DNA from: Octopus sinensis
Lineage: Eukaryota
NCBI RefSeq assembly: GCF_006345805.1
Contig: NW_021826025.1
Coordinates: 1 to 13,814, forward strand
Direction of reading: 5' to 3'
DNA: 13,814 nt
Part shown: positions 1-7,897 of the stretch, piece after piece
Layout of the letters: the number at the start of each line of letters is the position of its first letter
How positions within the stretch are numbered: position 1 is the first letter of the stretch
Program-made: the position numbers and the translations under genes
The notes under the pieces: model-generated
What the model was told of the DNA's origin: nothing
The model's database searches: none
The model's input: only the letters and a program-made list of their open reading frames with translations

Positions 1-54
1 GACAGACAGACAGACAGACAGACAGGCAGGCAGGCAGGCAGGCAGGCAAGCAGG
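1..54. repeat. Compound (GACA)n/(GGCA)n microsatellite
   Basis: Directly visible tetranucleotide repeats. Confidence 0.95.
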
Positions 55-269
55 TGGATGAAAGGACAGATACATAGAGAGATAATTACATATATAGAAA
101 TATAGAAAGAAAGCTGGTCGGTTCGCAGGGAGGGAAATAAATGGATGTAATAAGGTAGCTCCGATTGCTTCGAGCCAACATGGCCATCACCTCTGACAAT
201 GTCACTACATTTGCTCTCAAAAAAAAATGCGCCAGAGACAGCCCCTACCCTTAATTCAGCTCTTCCATT

Positions 270-357
270 TCTCTCTCTCTCTTTCTATCTCTCTCACTCT
301 TTCTTTCTCTTTCACTTCCTTCCCCCCCTCTCTCTCTTTCTCTCTCTTTCTCTCTCC
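270..357. repeat. CT-rich simple repeat
   Basis: Imperfect (CT)n tract. Confidence 0.9.
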
Positions 358-368
358 CGCTCTTGAAA

Positions 369-450
369 GAAATGTCCCAAGATGTTACGCAGAGTCTGAA
401 CTCGATACCATGTGGTTGATAAGCCAGCTACTTACCACACAGCCACTCCA
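369..450 (-). mobile_element. tRNA-derived SINE head fragment, family A
   Basis: Reverse complement reads TGGAGTGGCTGTGTGGTAAGTAGCTGGCTTATCAACCACATGGTATCGAGTTCAGACTCTGCGTAACATCTTGGGAC, which aligns with the 5' end of the element at 1743 (GGAGTAGCTGTGTGGTACGTAGCTTGCTTACGAACCACATGGTTCCGGGTTCAGTCCCACTGCGTGGCACCTTGGGC). Confidence 0.85.
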
Positions 451-474
451 TATATATATTTTTTCAGAAATGTA

Positions 475-677
475 ACTACACGTGGATTGTTGGCAATCTT
501 TTTCCTCCTTCTACTTTTTTGTTTGGACTTTTCTGCTTCCTGTTTCCGAAGAAGTACTGTACTCGAAACGTAAAACAACCACTCTTTGCCTTCTCTGAGC
601 GTCCTTTTAATAATTTGCTTGTGCTACGTCCCCACGTTGTTATTTTTCTTGTCCTTTTCTCCGATTTTTTACTTAAC

Positions 678-678
<1 letters not shown>
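475..678 (+). mobile_element. Probable Penelope-like element terminal remnant containing a hammerhead motif and ending in (TA)n
   Basis: T-rich segment with a minimal hammerhead motif at 541-577, running into a (TA)n tract at 678. The family assignment is inferred from the ribozyme motif; boundaries are approximate. Confidence 0.45.
541..577 (+). ncRNA. Degenerate minimal type-I hammerhead ribozyme motif
   Basis: Stem I TGTTT (541-545) / AAACA (573-577); core CCGAAGA (546-552, one change from CUGAnGA); stem II AGTA-ctg-TACT; GAAAC (565-569) followed directly by the cleavage triplet GTA (570-572). Confidence 0.6.
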
Positions 679-908
<230 letters not shown>

Positions 909-1134
909 ATTGTTTCGAATTTGTGTGAACGTGTATAGAATAATACATCAGTTAAACACATTTGAAATCTGATGATTACTCTATGTATAAAAGGGCTAAT
1001 TTAATTTTATGAGCATTACAAAATAATTTTTATGCTAAAATACCATAATGAAAATGTGAAAACCAGATCATGTTTTAACTTTATTCAGTGCGTTTTTGTA
1101 AGTGCGTTTGTGCGTGTGTATGGATGGCTAGCTT

Positions 1135-1251
1135 GTAGGTAGGTAGGTAGGTAGGTAGGTAGGTAGGTAGGTAGGTAAGTAGGTAGATAGGTAGGTAGGT
1201 AGGTAGGTAGGTGGTAGGTAGGTAGGTAGGTAGGTAGGTAGGCAGGCAGGC
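1135..1251. repeat. (GTAG)n microsatellite ending in (GGCA)n
   Basis: Directly visible. Confidence 0.95.
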
Positions 1252-1742
1252 ATTCAGGTATGGTTGCAAATTTCTTTCAGCAATCATAGACAAGTTTCCT
1301 GCTGTTTGTAACAGGGTCTTGTTAGATATATTTCTGTTAATTCCTATAACGTTACGTTTTATGATTAATATCAAAAATTAATTGCACAAAATACTAATTA
1401 CTCTTCTGATATTTATATGTTGGAGCGAGGAAGACCTTGTGTAGGACGGTTGTATAAATTCTCCCTTTTTTGTGAGATGTAGTGGAGTCACAATGGCTCC
1501 CTGTTGTCCTCGTTGTTATAATACATGTGCCGTTGTCTTTTTTTTTGGCATTTCACTCATTTTATTTCTTTTATTTATTTATTTTGCTTCTTTTCATTCA
1601 TGCCTTAATCTGTTGTGCTTAATTATTCTATTTAATAAATACATAGTGATTCGATAAACACTCCTAACGTCTGTATGCCCTGTGTAACAATTACAAAATC
1701 TGAGGTCTACCTCTTTCATGTTTCAATACATTTACGTATATA

Positions 1743-2165
1743 GGCGTAGGAGTAGCTGTGTGGTACGTAGCTTGCTTACGAACCACATGGTTCCGGGTTC
1801 AGTCCCACTGCGTGGCACCTTGGGCAAGTGCCTTCTACTATAGCCTCGGGCCGACCAAAGCCTTGTGAGTGGATTTGGTAGACGGAAACTGAAAGAAGCC
1901 CGTCGTATATATGTATATGTATATATATATGAGTGTGTCTTTGTGTGTCTGTGTTTGTCCCCTCCCCAACATCGCTTGACAACCGATGCTGGTGTGTTTA
2001 CGTCCCCGTAACTTAGCAGTTCGGCCAAAGAGACCGATAGAATAAGTACTAGGCTTACAAAGAATAAGTCCTAGGGTCGATTTGCTCGAAAAAGGGCGGT
2101 GCTCCAGCATGGCCACAGTCAAATGACTGAAACAATTAAAAGAGTAAAAGAGAGTACAAGAGTAT
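1743..2165 (+). mobile_element. Full-length tRNA-derived SINE, family A (Octopus-type), with internal TA/GT microsatellite
   Basis: tRNA-like head with B-box-like GGTTCAGTCCC, then CCTTGGGCAAGTG; internal (TA)/(GT) tract ~1905-1955; 3' module GGCGGTGCTCCAGCATGGCCACAGTCAAATGACTGAAAC and AAGAGT-type tail repeats. Colinear along its whole length with 12381-12792. Confidence 0.92.
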
Positions 2166-2284
2166 ATTATGTCGGTCATCAGAGGGCCGTTCTGTAGTTT
2201 GGAGTACAGTGTTTCTGTCATGTATTATTCGTGGTGGTGGTTATTTGAGGTGTGCTCTATAGCATGTTGTTATTGTTACTGTTA

Positions 2285-2467
2285 CAGTTCTATATTTAAG
2301 AGATGAGGAATTATGTACATTATTTACATTAATTACATTTGACGGATATTTGTCCTCATCTTGTTTGTTGTTAATGCAACGTTTCGGCTGATATACTCTC
2401 CCGCCTTCATCAGGTGTCTTCGGGAAATTTCGAACCTGGGTTCTCATTCGTAAGGTATTTTTTCGAT
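2285..2467 (-). mobile_element. Hammerhead-containing repeat element, left (inverted) copy
   Basis: 2319-2467 is the reverse complement of 2628-2777 (12 mismatches and 1 indel in ~150 bp by my manual alignment). Extension of the element from 2319 to ~2285 is inferred. Confidence 0.85.
2373..2418 (-). ncRNA. Minimal type-I hammerhead ribozyme motif (left arm)
   Basis: Minus strand reads GACAC-CTGATGA-A-GGCGG-gagagtatat-CAGCC-GAAAC-GTT-GCATT. Both catalytic boxes are intact, with palindromic AACGTT at stem III; stem I 3' strand has two mismatches and stem II has one. Confidence 0.75.
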
Positions 2468-2485
2468 TCCAGGCAGTGACCTGAC

Positions 2486-2505
2486 TAATAATAATAATAA
2501 TAATA

Positions 2506-2540
<35 letters not shown>

Positions 2541-2554
2541 TAATAATAATAATA

Positions 2555-2624
<70 letters not shown>
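2486..2624. repeat. Compound (TAA)n(TAG)n microsatellite, spacer of the inverted repeat
   Basis: (TAA)n 2486-2553, (TAG)n 2555-2624. Confidence 0.95.
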
Positions 2625-2625
<1 letters not shown>

Positions 2626-2677
2626 ACATCGAAAAAACTACCTTAGGAATGAGAACTCAGGTTCGAAATTTCCTCAG

Positions 2678-2723
2678 GATACCTGATGAAGGCTGGAGGG
2701 TATATCAGCCGAAAGGTTGTGTT
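2678..2723 (+). ncRNA. Minimal type-I hammerhead ribozyme motif (right arm)
   Basis: GATAC (2678-82), CTGATGA (2683-89), A, GGCTG (2691-95) ... CAGCC (2706-10), GAAA (2711-14), G, GTT (2716-18), GTGTT (2719-23). Stem II is perfect and stem I pairs with G-U wobbles; GAAAC is mutated to GAAAG. Confidence 0.75.
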
Positions 2724-2778
2724 AACAACAAACAAGATGAGGACAAATATCCGTCAAATGTAAATAATGTAAATAATA

Positions 2779-3081
2779 TTGTTGTTGTTTGTTCTCAAGC
2801 CACGCTTGGCTCATAAGGGCCGGTTTTCCGGTTTCGTTGGCGCATGGGTTCTCCACCTGGACGGGACGCCGGTCCGTTTCAGGTAAGCTGCGAGATGCAA
2901 GAGGAAAGAATGAGAGAAAGTTGTGGCGAAAGAGTCAGCAGAAGTTCACCATCACCTTCTGCCGGAAACGCGTAGAGCTTAGTTGTTTCGCTCATAAACA
3001 CACACAACGCCCGGTCTGAGATTCGAACCCGCGATCCCTCGACCGCGAGTCGCTACTCTAACCACTAGACCATGTCCCTCC
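2779..3081 (-). mobile_element. Full-length tRNA-derived SINE, family B
   Basis: Minus strand: A-box-like CTAGTGGTTAG, anticodon-like hairpin CGAC-tcgcg-GTCG, B box GGTTCGAATCT, central GGACCGGCGTCCCGTCCAGG and GAAACCGGAAAACCGGCCC (resembles V/Meta-type SINE central domains, from recall), (CAA)n tail. Head is homologous to 6060-6212. Confidence 0.88.
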
Positions 3082-4208
3082 ACGTTCTCTAGTATAAATG
3101 AGTGGTTTGTTTGTTGCTGGCCAAGACATTTCTTTTTATCTGACTGTTTCATTTGTATTACTAGCAGCTTTCGTTTAAAGTTTGTATTGTACTTTGAAGG
3201 AGAGTAATCTGTTGCTCGTCTAACGTCTTTTAATCTGCGTCTGTCGTATATTATCAATGGTGATGGCCATCTGGAGTTTGTACTCCTAGTATTAGTCATA
3301 GTTTATAACTGTGTCTTATTCCATTTCGTGAACTTATTTGATAACGTGTTTGTCTCTTTTAGAACCGGGATACGTTTGGTTCGTGTTGTGTTTGTTGTTG
3401 TAGTGGTAGTTGTTATAGTTCTTATATTGCTGCTACTTCTACCAACCGATCGACCTATGGCTCCAACGCCTTTCATTATAACGCCATTTTTAATCACATA
3501 GAACCTGTAGAAAATATAGACTCAACCAACCAAGAAAATACAGAACAAATAGCACAGATATGAAAATATATTTTCTGCTCGCCAGGGACAAGTCAGTTTG
3601 ACTAAAAGAATGTGGCGAAACCACATGATAAATTTATGATTAGTATAAAAGGACTTTAATTTCTTATCTTAAGAATTTTACTTTATCTCATTTAAATAAT
3701 TTAAATGTAAGAAACATTACTCAAAATACAGTGAAATATTATAAATCAGAAGTGAACACAGCTTTTTATCTTCAACGCACAAGTGAGTCTGTATATTTTA
3801 GATGCAGACTCACATGACTGCATACAATATAAGCATATAAAGAGCTCATATATGTATGAAGTAACGATCCAGCTAATACACGCTTCCTAATACTGTTCTC
3901 GATGTGCATACTGTATTTTGTTCCGTCATAACAGCGTGAGTTGAACAATATATATGTTCAAGTGGTAGATGTCTTTTTTATTTTGTTGGTAGGTGTCTAT
4001 AACTCATGTGTGATTGATCTTATGTACTTCAATGTAGAGTACTTCAATGTCGAGTAGTGATTGCGGAATGTATCAGCTGTGTAGAATTTGATTGGTGAAA
4101 GATGGTGAAAGATGTTGCTCATTTTGTGTCGGGTAACGTTGGTTGTGCACGGTAGCTATTGAATCACTTGTGTTATATTGTTTAGTGAAGACTCCATGAA
4201 ACGTGTGT

Positions 4209-4735
4209 TCTTTTCTACTCTAGGCACAAGGCCCGAAATTTTGGGGGAGAGACCAGTCGATTAGATCGATCACAGTACGCAACTGGTACTTGAAATTTGA
4301 ACTCAGAACATAAAGACAGACGAAATACCTATTTCTTTATTACCCACAAGGAGCTAAACATAGAGGGGACAAACAAGTACAGACAAAGAGATTAAGTCGA
4401 TTACATCGACCCCAGTGCTTAACTGATACTTATTTAATCGACCCCGAAAGGGTGAAAGGCAAAGTTGACCTCGGCGGAATTTGAACTCAGAACGTAGCGG
4501 CAGACGAAATACCTATTTCTTTACTACCCACAAGGGGCTAAACACAGAGGGGACAAACAAACGGATTAAGTCGATTATATCGACACTAGTTCATAACTGG
4601 TACTTATTTAATAGACCCCGAAAGGATGAAAGGCAAAGGCGACCTCGGTGGAATTTGAACTCAGAACGTAGCGGCAGACGAAATACTGCTAAGCATTTCG
4701 CCCGGCTTGCTAACGTTTCTGCCAGCTCGCCGTCT
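4209..4735 (-). mobile_element. tRNA-derived SINE, family C (Nin-domain-like), internally trimeric
   Basis: Minus-strand head GGCGAGCTGGCAGAAACGTTAG ... GAGTTCAAATTCC, core CCTTTCGGGGTCGATTAAATAAGTA; anchor GACGAAATAC recurs at 4319, 4503 and 4677; imperfect flanking direct repeat 4192-4206 / 4738-4750. Confidence 0.9.
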
Positions 4736-4959
4736 TCCTCCAAAACGTGTTGTATAAGCTATGGTATATTATCGAGTGTTGGTTGTGTAGCGAAAGTGTT
4801 GTGTGGACTGTATTACATTGTTTTGTGAAGATGTTGTAGATTTCGTGTTGAGTGAACAATTTTACTGAGTATTTATCGTATAGGGTACTTGTTGTGTGCA
4901 TTAAAGATAGTGTTTGCGATAAAAGTAAAAATAGAGGCTGAGTCCATGACTTTTGCTGG

Positions 4960-5330
4960 CTCTCTGGGTTTGACGAGGTTCTTCCCGTTAATACTCTATG
5001 GCAGGTCAGCAGCTGCAGGAAAGACATGAACGATTTTCTGCGGGGCAAATGTCAGGGTATACTGGGTCGAGGCGTGGAGATGGATTCAGAGAGGGTAACA
5101 AGACGAGTGGGCCGAAGTGCCTGATTGATGGAGATATGAGAACAGCAAGCTTCGGGGAACAAAGACCATAGTAGCAGCAACAGAAAATTCAGAAGAGACA
5201 GCACACGCCAGTGGTGGGCAGGGGATTGGACGGTGTCTATCGATAATTAAATGCCAATCCGTTGCGGTCCAGAATGTCTTTCTTCTAAGGAATTGAAAGT
5301 TCCAGCGTAGTCCATACTTAAGAGCCAGGC
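4960..5330 (-). mobile_element. Decayed non-LTR retrotransposon (CR1/L2/Jockey-like) ORF2 C-terminal remnant
   Basis: Frameshifted minus-strand peptides in the expected order: SMDY (5318-5307), DILDR (5278-5264), DTVQSPAHH, CAVSS, FCCCYYGLCSPKLAVLISP, RPTRL, VHVFPAAADL (5031-5002). These match the post-RT pattern MEY..LDR..LQSLAHRR.VSSL..FYRYY.G.CS.ELA...TR...HVFP that I recall for such LINEs. Confidence 0.65.
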
Positions 5331-5519
5331 AGGAATATATTTAAGATGATTGTCTAACATCCAAAAAATTTTATTATACGAAGAAGAGTGTGGTATAGTC
5401 GATATGGCAGTAGGATGGCAACAAGAATCAGGGGAAGATTTTTGGTTAGAAGCTCTCTGACTAATCCAGACATTTCCAGGGAGGTGTTCTGAATTGTTGT
5501 ATGTCGATATTCAACCCCG

Positions 5520-5731
5520 TTTTTGTGTCTTTCATTTTGGAGGTCGGTGGACTTTCTGGTATCTTCTTTTCCTTATTAATACCATTTTTTTCTTTATTAT
5601 TTTTCGATATTTTTAACGTTAATTTGTTAATTTCACATTTTCCTCCATATGAAAAAAAAACTCTTATCTTTTTTTGTCTCTCGTTCTCAACACCCAGAAA
5701 CCCCGTGGCCTGTGGCCAATAAATGAAACCA
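5520..5731 (+). mobile_element. Possible LINE 3' UTR remnant with AATAAA and (ATT)n tail
   Basis: T-rich stretch ending GTGGCCAATAAATGAAACC, followed directly by the (ATT)n array, as expected for a retroposon 3' end. No coding evidence. Confidence 0.4.
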
Positions 5732-5806
5732 TTATTATTATTATTATAATTATTATTGTTATTAATATTATTATTATCATTATTATTATCATTATTATTA
5801 TTATTA

Positions 5807-5862
<56 letters not shown>

Positions 5863-5994
5863 GTTGTTGTTATTAATATTATTATTATCATTATTATTAT
5901 CATTATTATTATTATTATTATTATTATCATTATTATTATTATTATTATTATTGTTATTAATATTATTATTATCATTATTATTATCATTATTATT
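5731..5994. repeat. (ATT)n microsatellite with higher-order structure
   Basis: Directly visible; a variant block recurs at 5758, 5869 and 5953. Confidence 0.95.
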
Positions 5995-6001
5995 GTTTGT
6001 T

Positions 6002-6212
6002 TGTTTTTTGTTTTTTCCAGTTTCAGCTCTTGAGCTGTGGCCATGCTGGGGCACCGCCATTGTGGTGAAAGAGTACAGCAGGGATCACCACCCCCTGCCG
6101 GAGCCTCGTAGAGCTTTTAGGTGTTTTCGCTCAATAAACACACACAACGCCCAGTCTGAGAATCGAAACCGCGATCCTGCGACCGCGAGTCCGCTGCCCT
6201 AACCACTAGGCC
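6002..6212 (-). mobile_element. Short chimeric SINE: family-B head plus family-A-type 3' module
   Basis: 6060-6212 aligns with 2921-3070; 6010-6059 on minus reads GGCGGTGCCCCAGCATGGCCACAGCTCAAGAGCTGAAAC, like 2095-2133; A-rich tail. Confidence 0.85.
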
Positions 6213-6390
6213 TATTATTATTATTATTATCATTATTATTATTATTATTAATGCTATTGTTATTATTGTTGACGTTGCTCTTGTTAGTGTTATTATTCTT
6301 TTTACTATTATTAATATCATTATTATTATTATTATGGTTCCTTTTGTTATTATTACTGTTACAGGCGTTGAGGTTGTTGTTACTGTCGTC
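6213..6390. repeat. Degenerate (ATT/GTT)n low-complexity tract
   Basis: Directly visible. Confidence 0.85.
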
Positions 6391-6474
6391 TAATAATTGT
6401 TCCCTGTGTATTTCGGGGCCTTCCAATGGGATGGGTTTCTGTGTCGGTGTCAGTAGTAGTTTTGGCGACAAAAC

Positions 6475-6548
6475 TCTGAAGGTCAAAACAGAAGATGGAG
6501 GAGATCTGAAGGTCAAATAAAGTACAGCAACATAAAGGTCAGAGGTCA
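6475..6548 (+). promoter_or_regulatory. Cluster of four AGGTCA nuclear-receptor half-sites including a perfect DR1
   Basis: AGGTCA at 6480, 6510, 6536 and 6543; AGGTCA-G-AGGTCA at 6536-6548. Motif match only. Confidence 0.3.
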
Positions 6549-6589
6549 CTCAGTGCATACATCGCCAGGAAAAAATATATAAATGTTGG

Positions 6590-7258
6590 TCACACACACA
6601 TACATACACATGTATATACATATTTACATACGTATATATACATACACTCACCTATACACATATATATATGTATTTAATATTTATATAAATATACATACTT
6701 ATATGTATGACTAAATGTGTATATATACGTATATATATATGTATACATGTGTGTGTATGTATATATATGAATACAATAAATTTATACACATACACACACA
6801 TACACACACATACAGATAAATATATAACGAGACAGGGAGATACTATGAACGAGGTATATATATATTGTGCACATTAATAAAGTATATGTATGCATCTATG
6901 CATACCTATGTGTGTGTGTGTGTACGAGTGTGTGGAAGCATGTTTATATGAATGTATGTATGTATGTATGTATGTATGTATGTATGTATGTATGTATGAA
7001 TGTATATATATATATATACATATACACATACATAGACATTTGTATATATATATATATATACATACATATATACACACACATATGTATATATATATATATA
7101 CATATACATATATACACACACATATATATATACATATATACGCAATGCATCTATGGACATCTATCAATCTATCTCCCTCTCTATATGTGTACACACACAC
7201 ACACAACACACACACACACATATATATATACTAAGTGAAAGAGAGAGAGGGAGAGAGA
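6590..7258. repeat. Mixed TA/CA/GT/(GTAT)n/GA microsatellite field
   Basis: Directly visible. Confidence 0.9.
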
Positions 7259-7303
7259 GGGTCTGTGCGCGCGCACGTGTGTTTGGGTTGGAATTAAACT
7301 AAA

Positions 7304-7389
7304 ACTTGAACTCAGGACCTCACGACCAAGCACAAATCTCGCAAGACATTTCATCTGCGGCTCTACCGATTCGGGCAACCCACTGCCCT
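7304..7389 (-). mobile_element. Old family-C-like SINE head fragment
   Basis: Minus strand GGCAGTGGGTTGCCCGAATCGGTAGAG...GAAATGTCTTGCGAGATTT...CCTGAGTTCAAGTT resembles the head at 4650-4735. Confidence 0.55.
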
Positions 7390-7456
7390 CTAATAATATC
7401 TGATTTAAACACAATTCTAGCCGTTTGAAAAATTTGGCTTTAGATTTTACCAACAA

Positions 7457-7610
7457 CCTGAGTATTTGACTGGCTCTTATTGATATCAGCCCCTTAAAAA
7501 GATGAAAGTAAAATTAACCTCGATGGGGTTTGAATTCAGAACGTAAAGACCCAGAAATATGCACGAAGGGAATTCCTCGGCACTTACTCTTTCTGTCAAT
7601 CTCCCACCCT
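7457..7610 (-). mobile_element. Degenerate family-C SINE fragment
   Basis: GATGAAAGTAAAATTAACCTCGATGGGGTTTGAATTCAGAACGTAAAGAC aligns with GATGAAAGGCAAAGGCGACCTCGGTGGAATTTGAACTCAGAACGTAGCGGC (~4625-4675). Confidence 0.7.
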
Positions 7611-7626
7611 TATATGGAAGTAGTAA

Positions 7627-7897
7627 GAAGCCATGTGGCCTAGTAGTTAGAGTAGTCCGCTTACGATCGTAAGGCCGTGAGTTCAATTCGCGGTGGCGCG
7701 TTGTGTCCTTGAGCAAGACACTTTATTTCAAGCAGCTGGAAAAAATGAGTTTTGCTTGTATTTCAATCTCTCTTAGAACTTCGATTAGGTTACGCGTGTC
7801 TGTGGAGTGCTCAGTTATTTGCCTCTTAATTTCACGAGCAGGAAGGTCCGTTGATCGAATCAACTGGAACTCTCGTCGTCGTAACCGATGAACTGCC
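7627..7897 (+). mobile_element. tRNA-derived SINE, family D
   Basis: A box TGGCCTAGTAG, hairpin CTTACGATCGTAAG, B box GAGTTCAATTC, then GTTGTGTCCTTGAGCAAGACACTT, typical of the post-tRNA segment of conserved-domain SINEs. The 3' boundary is from recall of the family. Confidence 0.75.

Larger units (their letters stand above)
2462..2777 (+). mobile_element. Hammerhead-containing element, right copy: B-box-like remnant, (TAA)n(TAG)n linker, hammerhead body
   Basis: TTCGATTCCAGGCAGTGACC (2462-2481) resembles a tRNA T-arm/B box (GTTCGATTCC); microsatellite 2486-2624; body 2628-2777 homologous to the left arm; cut off at ~2778 by the tail of the next SINE. Confidence 0.75.

Noticed and set aside
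1484-1500. Small hairpin GGAGTCA-caa-TGGCTCC
   Set aside because: A 7-bp stem with a wobble pair is expected by chance.
3005-3081. Possible functional tRNA genes (also at 1743, 6140-6212 and 7627)
   Set aside because: A/B-box-like motifs are present but I could not form a proper acceptor stem, and each continues into a SINE body.
3083-3400. Possible decayed RT, Penelope or RTE coding remnant on the minus strand
   Set aside because: Only vague resemblance; no ordered diagnostic motifs found by eye. BLASTX would decide.
4209-4735. CRISPR-like regularly spaced repeats
   Set aside because: The units are 174-184 bp tandem homologues without unique spacers, in a eukaryotic context with no cas genes.
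5461-6202. Poly-Asn, poly-Ile and poly-Leu ORFs
   Set aside because: Translations of the (ATT)n microsatellite and an adjacent SINE.
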